Positions 45,198 through 56,079 of a DNA stretch of 64,000 nt are shown here, piece after piece. The stretch comes from Nanobdellota archaeon (lineage in GTDB: Archaea > Aenigmatarchaeota > Aenigmatarchaeia > QMZP01): the NCBI GenBank assembly GCA_043814765.1, contig JBDRJQ010000028.1, positions 29,835 through 93,834 of the forward strand, in the 5' to 3' direction. The position numbers were made by a program, and so were the translations under genes. Every line of letters starts with the position of its first letter. Within the stretch, counting starts at the first letter, position 1. The notes below the pieces were generated by a model that was given only the letters and a program-made list of their open reading frames with translations, did no database searches and was not told where the DNA came from.

Positions 45198-48100
45198 TCA
45201 CAACCCCGACAGGTCCGCCTTCCAGACGCCGTATTCTGTGAGACCGAAAATTAAATATTTATTGTCTGGGGTGAGTGCCAGGTTGTCTGCGACATTGTCC
45301 CTTACCTGGTTGTCTACTATCAGCTCTTTGCCTGGCAGGCCACTGTTTATGATTTTCCAGCTGGCTCCGGCGTCCCTGCTTATGTAAACACCCACGTTGG
45401 TGCTTAAAAACAGTATGTTATGGTTTGGCGGATAAATCAGAAGCGTGTAGAATTCGCTTCCGCTATAAAGGCCGTTCATAATCCTGAACCAGTTCTCTCC
45501 GCCGTCTATTGTTTTCATCACAATACCGCAAAAAGTGTCTTTGTTTCTCTCACAGAAGCCCATGTTCTGCCCGTTCTTAGTTGAGGTATACATTATGCTT
45601 GGATTGTCGCTGTCGATTGCGATTGTGTAAGGCCACTGCTCAGGAGGCATGCCATTGCTTATCATCTCCCACGTTCTTCCTTTATTCAGTGATTTCACAA
45701 CCCCGTTGTATGTTCCTGCAAATAATATGCTGTGATTATGGGGGTGCATGCTCAAAGAAAACATGCCATCATTTCCCAGTTTCAGGCTTGAATCCTCCCA
45801 TGTATGCCCATTGTCCTCGCTTATGAAAAACCCGCTTGGGAAATGACCATAATAAATCTTTCCAGGGACATCAGGGTCAAACAGTATTGAGCTGAACTGA
45901 TACATCCTTCTTTCCCACGGGCTCCACCATCCGCCGCCAAATATGCCCTTTCCAAGACTCTGCCAGCTTTTGCTTGCAGAATTGAATTTATATATCCCGT
46001 ATCCAGCAGTTCCTGCGTAAATATCAGCACCTGTTAAGCCTATTGTTATGACAATATCATCCACATGAATCTCCCCTTCTAGTGATTCAAAAGCAATCCC
46101 TCCGTTCAATAGCGACTCGGTATCAGTATAATCTATCTTCAAATCATCATCAACATAAACCTTAACGTTGTTTCCATTGCCGACAATTTTAATGTCATAC
46201 CACCTGTCTCTGCTAAATGCCATGTCTTTATTTATCAGGTTCGTATGAACGCTATTATAAGTTCGCATCAGGTATAAGCTCCCACTGTTTAGACCTATAG
46301 CATACCTATCACTACCACTAACGCGGTAATTAATATGAACCGAGCCTTTGATTAACTTTACCCTACTCTCGAAAGTGTAATCAGTCCAGCTCTCTGAACC
46401 ACCACTAATCCAGTTATGGTCAATGCCCTGCAAGACATAGTTGCCGCCTTCCTGGATGACAGACCATCCAGTGTCTGACTTCCATCCGTCTGCGTTCCCG
46501 TCCTCAAAATCATCTCCAAGGGGCGGTCCTTCTATGTTTACAACCTTTAGCGATCTTATATCAAGGGTTTTTAGTCCGTCATTCATTTCAGTCCAACTTT
46601 CTCCATCATCACGGGTCACGAACACGCCTTCTTGAGTTCCTACATAAACTGTTTCCGAGTCTTTAGGATCAACAACAACAGCAGTTATAGGTTTCCTGAG
46701 CAACTCATTCTCATTTCCGTTGGCAAACATGCTCACACTCATATACTCGTGAGATCTGTACATTCCCTTTCCGTATGCGCCCATCCAAACGTCTGCCGGA
46801 TTGTTTGGGTCTATAGCAAAACTGTAGTATCCCTGTGTAATTGGATCATCCACAATAATGCTCGGCTGAGCGGTGTTTCTCTCATACCAAGTTTCTCCTC
46901 TATCATCACTTCGGAACATCCCTCCTGGATAAGCAGTTGCATAAATTCGATTAGAATTTGTTGGATCAATTTCAACCTGAATTCTGGAAATGTATGTTTT
47001 TGGTTTGTTGCTTCTGGAATTGTCCCAAGTAATTGAATAATCGTCATTGACAATCCCTGCATAAACCCCGCTTGCCCCTACAGCTGCGTAAACATAACCA
47101 TCTTCAGCTATAAGCGCAGCTGTGCCCAAACTTGGCAAACCCTCATTCTCCTGTTTCCAAGTTTCGCCACCATCACTGCTAACAAAAATACCCTGAGTGC
47201 TTGAGGCTACATACAAAAGATTCGGGTTCTGCGGATCAATCTCAACTGCCATAGTCGCGTGTTCGGTTTCGAGCATACGGGTCCAGGTTTCTCCGCCGTC
47301 TGTTGATTTGTAGGCTCCGCATGCATCCTGCTCTATGTTTTTAGGCAGTCCGGTAGGTTCAATTATATACTCAGGCAGCAATTCGCACAACCCTGCAGCA
47401 TACAGGGTGTTGCTATTGGAATAATCCACATCAATATCGTAGTACCCAAGCCTTGGAAGGCCTCCTTCCTTGTCATCCAGTCTCTCCCAGGTTTCTCCGC
47501 CATCAACACTCTTGAAAACTCCATATCCGTGCTTTGAAACATAAATTGTATTTGGATTGTTTGGATCAACCTCCATTTCAACCGTAGATTCAGCTACGCC
47601 TTCATCATTACCTGGCAGGTTTTCGTTCAGATCTGCTACCATCTCACCATTTATAATCTTTAGTAGTGAACCAGCCGCAACACAGAACGGACGCCCGAAA
47701 GTAGCTGCATAAATCGTATCTGGGTTGTTTGGATCAATTGCTACAGCGCTTGTCAGGACATTAGTTCTATCAAATTCATAATATTCTTCCCAAGTAAGCC
47801 CGCTGTCTTCGGATTTGTGTATAACTGGTTTAAGTCTGTCACATGCGTAAATAATGTCTGGATTTTTTTCAGAAATCGCCAAGCATGTCGGAGACTCAGG
47901 TGCGTTATCAAGCTTCACCCAATTACTTCCTCCGTCAATAGTCTTATAAGTCCCTCCGCCCCAGGTGCCTGCATAAACTATGTCTTTATCCCTTGGATCA
48001 ATCTGAAGCTGTGAATGACGCATAATGGTTGCAAATGTTAGCTCATCGTTAAGTTTACTCCAGGTTTCTCCTTTATTATTGCTCACATAGATGGTTCCTT

Positions 48101-49970
48101 CCTCTCCGATTACTCCTGCGTACATTCTGTCCGGGTTTAGCGGGTCAAACCTGAGCGATGTTATTCCTCTGGAATTCTCAACCCTGAATATCTCGCTCCA
48201 GACGTTTTGGTTTTTGGAATATCTCCAAATAGATGAATGGTTCTCAAATATCTTTGGCGAATACGTGGCATAGATAAAATTGCTGTTCTCTGGATCGATC
48301 TCAATATCATAAGTATAATCAGGGGAATATGTGAGATACCGCCAGCCCCCTTGCGAAGAGGCCTCTGAAATGCCGACACCTATATTGGACGCGTAGATTG
48401 TGCCGGAGTCTTTTGCTATCTCAAAATCAAAAATCTTTGCAGATGAAAAATCCTGAGCGATTTGTGTGAAAGTTCTCCCTCCATCATATGATTCGTATAA
48501 GTCGGTCAGTTCATCAGCCAGCAGGATGTGGTCTGAGTTGTGCGGGTCAATCTTTACATCGTCTCCGGCAGCGACTGGCGTGAATGGTTCCCAAGTATTT
48601 CCAAAATCCCTTGTGACATATGATTCCTGAATAACATTTCCTGAGGTGAACACAACATTCGGGTCTGTTGGGTGGGTCATGACAATGGTGGGGGATGTCC
48701 CTATAATATCACTGTCCATCTTTTTCCATGTTTTCATGCCATCCTCTGACTTAACCATTCCCAGAGCCCATATAGAGCCGGTCTTGCCGTAAGCTATGTT
48801 TGGGTTTTCATAATCAATCAAGAGTGCATCCAAGTTAAAGCCCACTTTTTCAAATACCTTGAGTCTTGGTTCATTGATTCGTTCATAACTAGAGCCATCT
48901 ATCTTAAGTATTGGAATGCCACCATAAGGATTCAGAAGATAATAAGCTGAGCCTGAAATAACAACATCTTCTACTCCATTGGATTCTAAAGTCAGATCTG
49001 TCACAGGGTTCCATGTTTTTCCTCCGTCATAGGATTCTCTTAAGAGCTCAGATATCGGGGAAAACCCCTCATGCACGATGTTGTATCTGAATGGTATCAC
49101 TATGTGTTGAGGATTGTCTGGGTTCTGAACAATCTTTGAAATAATAACACCGTCAGGTGTGTCAAAATCAATCGTGGACCATGTCCCACCAAGGTCTTCT
49201 GAAACGTACAAATAATTTTTTGAGAGTTCCCCTCTGCCACCTTTCATTACATTGATAGCTACCAAGATTCTATTTCCAAGCGCAATAATATTTCGAATTC
49301 CTATATCCTTATCATTTGTCGACAGTACTAAATCTTTCCAGTCAAAATTTCCCGAGGCCTCCCAAGAAGCTAGGTCAGCATACGATATTTCACCACCACC
49401 CATCTTTCCGTCACCAGAAATTATGAAAAGTTTATTGTCACTAACAAAGGGCTTTCCAAAATACCTGTCTGATATTTTTACAGGGTTTCTATTATTGTCA
49501 TAGTAATAAAGACCATCATCACAAATAAAAAATAATTTATCCTTGAAAAGTGCCATTGAATGAACACTGCCTATGATATCCTGTCCCTGCATTAGCTGCC
49601 AGCTTTCGCCTTTATCTACAGACTTCCGTATACCTTCAATAGTTATTACATACAATTCATGCGGCGGGAGGGGATTTTGTATCAATTGTTTTATACGCCC
49701 TCCTGGCGGGCCATTCATGGATACCCATGAAATGCTTGAATCAGCTTCCGGGTGGTACTGGACTTCTTCTCCCCCAAGTTTTTCCTGGACGCATGCATTA
49801 TTTTTGCACGCATAACCAACAGGGCAGATTTTAGTTTGATACTGTTTATCATCAACACAGCATTCGTATGGGCAGTATCCATCCACAAGTGGACTTTCTT
49901 CTGTAACGCATCCGCTGATAAGAACAATTCCTATAATCAATAATCCAATCAAAATTTTTGATTTCATCAT
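45198..49970 (-). CDS. 1590-aa secreted multi-propeller protein with 15 or more BNR/Asp-box (S-x-D-x-G-x-T-W) repeats, N-terminal Cys-rich module and an internal concanavalin/LamG-like (DUF1080-like) domain
   Basis: Signal MMKSKILIGLLIIGIVLISGC. Repeats SYDGGKTW, SEDLGGTW, SNNKGETW, TIDGGSNW, SEDSGLTW, SVDGGETW, STDGGETW, SSDGGETW, SDDRGETW, TRDDGESW, SEDNGHTW, SLNKGRTW, TIDGGENW, SRDAGASW. LamG-like block DDFEDGNADGWKSDTGW...YDIKIVGNGNNVKVYVDD. Confidence 0.6.
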   Translation of the reverse strand: MMKSKILIGLLIIGIVLISGCVTEESPLVDGYCPYECCVDDKQYQTKICPVGYACKNNACVQEKLGGEEVQYHPEADSSISWVSMNGPPGGRIKQLIQNPLPPHELYVITIEGIRKSVDKGESWQLMQGQDIIGSVHSMALFKDKLFFICDDGLYYYDNNRNPVKISDRYFGKPFVSDNKLFIISGDGKMGGGEISYADLASWEASGNFDWKDLVLSTNDKDIGIRNIIALGNRILVAINVMKGGRGELSKNYLYVSEDLGGTWSTIDFDTPDGVIISKIVQNPDNPQHIVIPFRYNIVHEGFSPISELLRESYDGGKTWNPVTDLTLESNGVEDVVISGSAYYLLNPYGGIPILKIDGSSYERINEPRLKVFEKVGFNLDALLIDYENPNIAYGKTGSIWALGMVKSEDGMKTWKKMDSDIIGTSPTIVMTHPTDPNVVFTSGNVIQESYVTRDFGNTWEPFTPVAAGDDVKIDPHNSDHILLADELTDLYESYDGGRTFTQIAQDFSSAKIFDFEIAKDSGTIYASNIGVGISEASSQGGWRYLTYSPDYTYDIEIDPENSNFIYATYSPKIFENHSSIWRYSKNQNVWSEIFRVENSRGITSLRFDPLNPDRMYAGVIGEEGTIYVSNNKGETWSKLNDELTFATIMRHSQLQIDPRDKDIVYAGTWGGGTYKTIDGGSNWVKLDNAPESPTCLAISEKNPDIIYACDRLKPVIHKSEDSGLTWEEYYEFDRTNVLTSAVAIDPNNPDTIYAATFGRPFCVAAGSLLKIINGEMVADLNENLPGNDEGVAESTVEMEVDPNNPNTIYVSKHGYGVFKSVDGGETWERLDDKEGGLPRLGYYDIDVDYSNSNTLYAAGLCELLPEYIIEPTGLPKNIEQDACGAYKSTDGGETWTRMLETEHATMAVEIDPQNPNLLYVASSTQGIFVSSDGGETWKQENEGLPSLGTAALIAEDGYVYAAVGASGVYAGIVNDDYSITWDNSRSNKPKTYISRIQVEIDPTNSNRIYATAYPGGMFRSDDRGETWYERNTAQPSIIVDDPITQGYYSFAIDPNNPADVWMGAYGKGMYRSHEYMSVSMFANGNENELLRKPITAVVVDPKDSETVYVGTQEGVFVTRDDGESWTEMNDGLKTLDIRSLKVVNIEGPPLGDDFEDGNADGWKSDTGWSVIQEGGNYVLQGIDHNWISGGSESWTDYTFESRVKLIKGSVHINYRVSGSDRYAIGLNSGSLYLMRTYNSVHTNLINKDMAFSRDRWYDIKIVGNGNNVKVYVDDDLKIDYTDTESLLNGGIAFESLEGEIHVDDIVITIGLTGADIYAGTAGYGIYKFNSASKSWQSLGKGIFGGGWWSPWERRMYQFSSILFDPDVPGKIYYGHFPSGFFISEDNGHTWEDSSLKLGNDGMFSLSMHPHNHSILFAGTYNGVVKSLNKGRTWEMISNGMPPEQWPYTIAIDSDNPSIMYTSTKNGQNMGFCERNKDTFCGIVMKTIDGGENWFRIMNGLYSGSEFYTLLIYPPNHNILFLSTNVGVYISRDAGASWKIINSGLPGKELIVDNQVRDNVADNLALTPDNKYLIFGLTEYGVWKADLSGL

Positions 49971-49991
49971 AATTCATCCACAAATATAAGA

Positions 49992-51914
49992 TTATTCTTC
50001 CAAATGCATTTCACCCTGAATTATTATGTAGTCGCCTTCCTTTCGTATATCCAGTGTTTGGTCAAAAGATATCCTCAAGTAAGACGGACAGATTTCATAG
50101 TAACCGTCGCTTTTTGGTTCAAATATTGTCTCTCCTTTTTCATTTACGAATTTAATGTATTTGAAATCCTCTTGAGCTTGAGCCGTTTCAAATTCAAAAA
50201 CTACCCCGTTTATTTCTTCAAAACCGCCTATAAGCGGCTTATACTTGTATCCTTCCTCGGTTATAGTCCCTACAGCCATAATAAGAGTATTATAATCAAC
50301 AGCAGGCAGTGAAAAATCCGTTTCAGGTAATTCGCCTTCTTCAATACTTTTAAAGGTTTCTACAAACTGAGCCAACACGCTACTTAAATCACTGTCTTGT
50401 TTAAAATCATCATAAGTTTTAGACAATTGGATTATATCTTTAGAATCGAATAGTACGGCTTCACTAAAATCATCTTTAATTACTATAAAGTCGATTTTTT
50501 TGTTTTCATTTAATTCCAACAATTGTCTGAAGAAACTTGCGGTACTTTTCATTTTATTATGGCCTTCTAATCCAACAATCGCTATTTCGTTTTCAGGGAA
50601 CAAATTAGCTTTGTTTTGCTCATTAACGGATGTTACTCCAAAAGGAAGATCCACATCAAGCCAAGCATAAACCGCTTTCTCCTCTCCCAATATGGCTGCA
50701 ACAGAATTTTCAAAAGCCATTCTCCCAAATTCTTCTCTTTCTCCCCACTCCTTTGATGCCTTCCACCTTGAAACGTAATCCAATGCAGTGTCTTTGAATT
50801 CGTTCTCTTCAGCCAAAGCCAACAAGGCTTCACTAAACTCATCGGTATATTTGTAGTCAATAAAGGTTCTGGGCACCATTGCAAGGGCAACGCAATCAAG
50901 AAACTTTGTTTTGCTCAAATCAAAGGCAATTACAGTATCCAATGCAGGGTATTCCTGCAAATCAATTATCCTGTCATCATCACTGTCCAATACCCCAGTT
51001 GATGGAATGGGAATCCATTGCCCATCATGGTAAATTTCAATCCAGTCGTGAGGCTTTATGCCTACTAGGCGTGACTCAATTATTCTTGCTGGAATTCCAG
51101 CAGCCCTCAATAAAGCCGTTATCAAATAAGTGTGTTCCGCACACATCCCTGTTTTATGCTGCCAAATTAGTTCAACATCGTCATATAGGGACTTGGGCCA
51201 ACTATATTTAGTGATTCTTTCCCTTCCTGTGATATACTCCTTTACAAAATCATAAATATTCCCTGCAGTGGTTAAATCATCCTCTCCCTCTAAACTCAAT
51301 GCCTTTTCCCGCAATGTAGTGGAAAAAAAGTTAAAGTCGTAATAAGTGTCGGTTCCAGAGTTCCAGGACGCGAAAAAATACAGCACCTCTTTTGGGTAAT
51401 CCTGCAGGTTTTGCTTCTCTTTATAGATTTCCAAGAACAGTTTCATAAATTCTATTTCTTCTTCAGAAAAAAACCCTTTCCGGCATTCTGAATAGTCGAA
51501 TCCTACCATTGGCGCGTATTTGTACGGCACATACAGATCAATGAAAACCTCCTCGAGCTCAGGATAGTCTTTTATCTCAGGGATATTTTCTTCTAGCACA
51601 ACTTTTGGTGTTTTTGGACAATCCTGCGGACAGGTTAAATATGTCTCTACAATTATATACGTTTCTTCAGTTTCACATATGCCATCTCCACAGCAGGGAA
51701 TTGTTTGAAAATAATAACAACTATTAGCAATACAATTCTTAGCAAAACAGGTCCTATCCGGACAATCTTCTTTAACTTCACATTCCTTTTCTTCTGCAGG
51801 CAGAGCCCCCTCTTGGACAGTTCCTGAATTAGTAAAAATAACTTCCATCGTCGACAATCCGATTAAAATTCCTATTATCAACAATCCGAATAAAATAATG
51901 TATCCGGGGTTCAT
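49992..51914 (-). CDS. secreted transglutaminase-like cysteine protease-fold protein (paralog 1) with N-terminal Cys-rich module
   Basis: Core GMCAEHTYLITALLRAAGIPARII...HDWIEIYHDGQWIPIPSTGVLD (Cys-His-Asp). N-terminal C-x-x-DCPDRTCF-x-x-C-x-x-NSC...CCGDGICETEE. Confidence 0.55.
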   Translation of the reverse strand: MNPGYIILFGLLIIGILIGLSTMEVIFTNSGTVQEGALPAEEKECEVKEDCPDRTCFAKNCIANSCYYFQTIPCCGDGICETEETYIIVETYLTCPQDCPKTPKVVLEENIPEIKDYPELEEVFIDLYVPYKYAPMVGFDYSECRKGFFSEEEIEFMKLFLEIYKEKQNLQDYPKEVLYFFASWNSGTDTYYDFNFFSTTLREKALSLEGEDDLTTAGNIYDFVKEYITGRERITKYSWPKSLYDDVELIWQHKTGMCAEHTYLITALLRAAGIPARIIESRLVGIKPHDWIEIYHDGQWIPIPSTGVLDSDDDRIIDLQEYPALDTVIAFDLSKTKFLDCVALAMVPRTFIDYKYTDEFSEALLALAEENEFKDTALDYVSRWKASKEWGEREEFGRMAFENSVAAILGEEKAVYAWLDVDLPFGVTSVNEQNKANLFPENEIAIVGLEGHNKMKSTASFFRQLLELNENKKIDFIVIKDDFSEAVLFDSKDIIQLSKTYDDFKQDSDLSSVLAQFVETFKSIEEGELPETDFSLPAVDYNTLIMAVGTITEEGYKYKPLIGGFEEINGVVFEFETAQAQEDFKYIKFVNEKGETIFEPKSDGYYEICPSYLRISFDQTLDIRKEGDYIIIQGEMHLEE

Positions 51915-51936
51915 GTTTTATATTGGGTTTGGGGTA

Positions 51937-52968
51937 CTATAAAAGCTCTGTAAACCATCTCCTGATCACTTCTTCTGTTTTTGAGGACTCTTCAGGACCA
52001 TGCAATCCTGGTATATCTTCTCCAAGAAAACTTAATTCAAGAAAATCTAAAACAAAAAACCCAGCAACCGTGTCCTTTCCTTTTTCAAGGACTATTTCAT
52101 GGGCTCTTGCATCTAATTCTTCACTCCATCCCAATTCCCTCAGCGATGTACCATAAAATTCAGTAATAATGACTCCTTTACAATTGTCTCTTTCTGCAAA
52201 ACCGAGAAATGTGCTCAATGTATAGTCAATAAATGGAGAAAACTCTTCTAGCGTCGTACCAAGACCTCGGCTGATAGTAACTCCAATGTAATCGTATCCC
52301 GAATAGTTCGTCGGGGCGGGTTCCGTCATAGGATAGGGTTGTATACCGCCGATAGACCCCCCTTTCCAAATAACCTCACCATGATAAACCTCTTTTATTC
52401 TGGGGAGGATCTCTTGCCCCCAAGTTGCAGATGCAGACGGGCCAAACAACACTTCTGGTTCATTCATGGGGGCGAAGAATTCAACATCATATTCTTCTGC
52501 TAATCTGGCATATTCAATAACCTTGGAATTCCAAGCCTCTAAATCTATCCAATCCTCTAAACCCATCCCACCTGAGCACTTTGCCATGGTTAATGCAACT
52601 CTCAAACCATTTCTGTGAGCAGCTTGGATGTTGGCAATCATAAGCTCTTCTTGAATCGGAATAATTTTTTTCATTTTTTTAACCAATTCAGAATCGGAAG
52701 GAAGCCCTTCAAGGCAGTGCTCAACCTGAGGGGGAGCACCCTGAAAGAAAACCGTATTCATCCCAATATCCTTCAACTTCTGCATATCAGAAGCCAGCTT
52801 ATACGGATCATCACTTAATAGCGTGGGCGTCCAAGTGCCTTTGTAAACATCAACCTCAGCGGGTATTTTTATCTGCGAGTCCTGAACGCAACCACTGATA
52901 AAAACAATTCCCACTACCAGCAATAAAATCCCCAAAATTAGTTTTTTATTTTTCATCATATTCATCAC
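51937..52968 (-). CDS. glycoside hydrolase family 5-like (cellulase/mannanase superfamily) lipoprotein/secreted enzyme
   Basis: Signal plus ISGC lipobox-like. FAPMNEPEV (NEP acid/base) and VIITEFYG (TE nucleophile) in GH5-like spacing. Confidence 0.45.
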   Translation of the reverse strand: MMNMMKNKKLILGILLLVVGIVFISGCVQDSQIKIPAEVDVYKGTWTPTLLSDDPYKLASDMQKLKDIGMNTVFFQGAPPQVEHCLEGLPSDSELVKKMKKIIPIQEELMIANIQAAHRNGLRVALTMAKCSGGMGLEDWIDLEAWNSKVIEYARLAEEYDVEFFAPMNEPEVLFGPSASATWGQEILPRIKEVYHGEVIWKGGSIGGIQPYPMTEPAPTNYSGYDYIGVTISRGLGTTLEEFSPFIDYTLSTFLGFAERDNCKGVIITEFYGTSLRELGWSEELDARAHEIVLEKGKDTVAGFFVLDFLELSFLGEDIPGLHGPEESSKTEEVIRRWFTELL

Positions 52969-52979
52969 ATTTGGGGGTC

Positions 52980-55079
52980 TTACTCCACAACGATTTGTTC
53001 AGTAGTCATATCACCTTTAATAACCACTATATCATCTTCTCTGTAGATCTCCAGCGTTTGATCTGGGGTAATAAAACCATATGGAGCATCATCTAAGTTG
53101 TATGGGGGTCCTATAACAACTGTTGGATCCGGCCGCGGGTTTCTATATATTTCCGGGTCTGCGTAAACTTCGCCTTCTTCATTTATGAGTTTAAGATTAT
53201 CAAAGTGGCTCCAGTTCATATACTTGAGCGCATCAGGGTCATAAACATCAATATTTATCATTATTGTTGTTTGGTCTGCACTAAATATAATCATAATATC
53301 TTTAACTATAACCATGCTTTGTATGTCAAATTTTATGTTGAATGCTGTGTTTTCCCTATCGAAACCACCACCAATGACAATTGAATACTCTGCTCCCTCT
53401 TGAATATATTCAGGCAAATGGAAGGTTGTGTAATTTTTTTCTTTGCTTACCACGCTAACGATTTCAATTACAAAATCCTTTATGAGTTCAGGCGTTCCCG
53501 TAACCAAGTCTTGGTATGCCGTTTCAAGGGCACCTACGTCTTCCGGGTCAAATAAATTAATAGCAACTGCATCACTCAGGGAACCGCAACCAGCTTCATA
53601 ATGAGCGAAAAAGGAGTATATTTCCCCCTGGAAAAGTTGTTTAATCTCTGGTATAAGCGTGCTGATCTTTTCAAGTGGGAACTCTCCTGCACCAGACGAC
53701 ATGTATTGGATTCCGCCGTGTGATGTAATGTCATAAATTGAAATTGCTTTTGCTTTATCGAGTTCGCTAAGAAAAGCTTCCTCTGTTTTTAACTTATTCC
53801 AATCCCATAAATCCAATACTTTGATGTCTTTTGATTCATACCCTTCCTGTTTCGCTATAATTTCACTAATGCATGTCTCCATGATATCCTGCGCATAGGC
53901 ATATTTGTTAACAAGGTCACTCTCTTTTTTGTATTGGGCAAAAAGCTCTTCTGCTTGTCCAGTAGCACTGGTTTCACCGACCGCTTCTTTTGTGTGCTCT
54001 ATAATCAAATCTAATATATCCGTGTTGTAAGACAGGGAAACATCCATCAATGTATCACTAAGCGGGTCATAAGCGTATACGGAATACAACCACTGTTTTT
54101 CTTCAGGGTATAATTCCATCACTCCGGTTGAATCCACCATGATCCATTCCCCATTTACATAAGCTTCTGTCCAGGCATGTCCTTCTGGTGGCGAAGCAAA
54201 ACGACCTTCCACCTCTCTTGCCGGTATCCCAGATGCCCTACAGAAAGCAGTAATTAAAGTAGCCCAATAGTCACAATGTGCCCAAACTTCTCTGTTTTCT
54301 AATATTGCTTTTGGTGTGTCACCTTCTAGTTCGTAAGCAGCAGTCCAAGTGACATTGATATTTCCCCTAACCCATGAAACAATTTTCTCAATCGATTCCA
54401 TCTCCCCGGAACTTCCCTCTGTTATATCATTAGCCAGAGGGATAAGCTCTTCTACAAAGTACTCCATATCCATGGCACGACTCTTGCCGAAAAATATATC
54501 TGGTTCGATTATATTGGTCACCAGATAAGCTAAAACTTCTTCATCAGCCTGATGCAGACTGGTTTTCAATTTGAAAATATCAAAAAGTGATTTCATATAT
54601 TTCATTTCCGAATCACTAAATTCAACATCAGCATACAAATCGATGAAAACCTGCTCAAGTTTTGGGTATTCTTTTATCTCAGGAATATTTTCCTCTAATG
54701 CGTCTTTGGGGTTTGGACAATCCTGCGAACAGGTTAAATGTGTTTCTCCGATAAATTCAATAGCTGTAGTACCGTTAATAAGCACTATTATAGTATCGTT
54801 AAAAATAAATACATGAGTATCGGTTTCGCATTCTTCAGTTCGACAGCTTAAGTATCTTTCTTCGGTTTCGCATTCTCCATTTCCGCAGCAGGGAATTTTT
54901 TCACAGCAGGGAATCATTTGAGAATAAGAACAACTATTATCAATACAATCCTTCATAAAACAAGTCCTATCCGGGCAATCTTCTTTGAATCTGCATGCAT
55001 CCTTTTGAGCATCCCAAACAAAGAAACTAATCAAAACAAGAATAATTAATCCGAACAAAATGAAGTATTTAACCTTCAT
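52980..55079 (-). CDS. secreted transglutaminase-like protein (paralog 2) with the same N-terminal Cys-rich module
   Basis: VWAHCDYWATLITAFCRASGIPAREVE...HAWTEAYVNGEWIMVDSTGV. Shares N-terminal DCPDRTCF..C..NSC..CC and a C-terminal QTLEIYREDDIVVIKGDM tail with 49992..51914. Confidence 0.55.
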   Translation of the reverse strand: MKVKYFILFGLIILVLISFFVWDAQKDACRFKEDCPDRTCFMKDCIDNSCSYSQMIPCCEKIPCCGNGECETEERYLSCRTEECETDTHVFIFNDTIIVLINGTTAIEFIGETHLTCSQDCPNPKDALEENIPEIKEYPKLEQVFIDLYADVEFSDSEMKYMKSLFDIFKLKTSLHQADEEVLAYLVTNIIEPDIFFGKSRAMDMEYFVEELIPLANDITEGSSGEMESIEKIVSWVRGNINVTWTAAYELEGDTPKAILENREVWAHCDYWATLITAFCRASGIPAREVEGRFASPPEGHAWTEAYVNGEWIMVDSTGVMELYPEEKQWLYSVYAYDPLSDTLMDVSLSYNTDILDLIIEHTKEAVGETSATGQAEELFAQYKKESDLVNKYAYAQDIMETCISEIIAKQEGYESKDIKVLDLWDWNKLKTEEAFLSELDKAKAISIYDITSHGGIQYMSSGAGEFPLEKISTLIPEIKQLFQGEIYSFFAHYEAGCGSLSDAVAINLFDPEDVGALETAYQDLVTGTPELIKDFVIEIVSVVSKEKNYTTFHLPEYIQEGAEYSIVIGGGFDRENTAFNIKFDIQSMVIVKDIMIIFSADQTTIMINIDVYDPDALKYMNWSHFDNLKLINEEGEVYADPEIYRNPRPDPTVVIGPPYNLDDAPYGFITPDQTLEIYREDDIVVIKGDMTTEQIVVE

Positions 55080-55178
55080 GTTTTATATTAGGAGTGGGGG
55101 GGTTATTAAAATTCTTGTTGAGATGGGTAAGAATTTTCAGTTTGATGGGTTTAATGAAATAAGATTGATGGAAGGATA

Positions 55179-55970
55179 TTATTTTGTTGCCTTATCTATA
55201 AGTTTGAACCTATTTTTGCGCTTTCCGTTTTTAGACTTTTTCTTTCTGAACATTCTTGCGATTTTCGGTCCCTCTATCACTATCCCTGACAAAATGAATC
55301 CCGTAATGAATATTCCAATGGATAGATAGCTGATGACTGCGCTGTCTTCTTCCCCTTTAACCTCGAACAGGCTTTCAGACTCTGCTTCCTTGTTTTCGCC
55401 GTAGGATATCTTAGCGCGTACAGTATAGACGCCTGCCTCTATGCCATCAGGCAGGTCAAACTCCTTTATTATGTTGGTCTGGGTTTCCACTGCGACAGTC
55501 TCCCTATCTGTCAGTATAATCCTGTCATTCACGTCGGTTATTCTGTACTGCATCAGGACGTCAATCCTGCCAGGCTCTCCGAAGTTTACAAGACTTACAG
55601 ACAATAAAAAATTATCTCCCATTTTTATCTCATTGTAACCTTCAGGTATGCTCAGCAGGACGTCAAAAAGCGGCCCGGTTGATTCTGGTTGCTCAGGCTC
55701 TTCAGGAACAGGTGATATGTATTCGCATTCCTGGGTCTCAGAAGGCTTGAACTTCTCCTCACTGCATGTTCCGCTGTATGTGCATTCTATGGCCTGCATG
55801 CCGTCAGGCTGGCATTCGCCCCACTTCGTGCAGCTCCATGCGTGATAGCAGTCCTCTTCCTGAGCAGAAGCGCTGTGGAAGAGAAGCGGAAGGGTTAAAA
55901 TTCCTGCGATGATTATTACTGCTGGCACAGCAGCAAGATTCATTCCAAAAACGAAACTCCGGTTTGCCAT
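55179..55970 (-). CDS. secreted Cys-rich protein with C-terminal TM anchor and Lys-rich tail
   Basis: Signal peptide, Cys-rich N-terminal module (CYHAWSCTKWGECQPDGMQAIECTYSGTCSEE), C-terminal TM plus RKKKSKNGKRK. Confidence 0.45.
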   Translation of the reverse strand: MANRSFVFGMNLAAVPAVIIIAGILTLPLLFHSASAQEEDCYHAWSCTKWGECQPDGMQAIECTYSGTCSEEKFKPSETQECEYISPVPEEPEQPESTGPLFDVLLSIPEGYNEIKMGDNFLLSVSLVNFGEPGRIDVLMQYRITDVNDRIILTDRETVAVETQTNIIKEFDLPDGIEAGVYTVRAKISYGENKEAESESLFEVKGEEDSAVISYLSIGIFITGFILSGIVIEGPKIARMFRKKKSKNGKRKNRFKLIDKATK

Positions 55971-56079
55971 TGATTAATTATTCGTTGAGCTGTTATAATA
56001 ATTAAGAGCTGCTTCCTTATCTGATAAGACGCCATTAAGCAAGAGTAATAAATATCTCCGACACTATAATAATTTATAT

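Noticed and set aside
46632-47036. Several 60-135-aa + strand ORFs inside the 1590-aa BNR gene
   Set aside because: All lie antisense within one continuous 4.8-kb reading frame whose Asp-box repeats leave no doubt about the coding strand.
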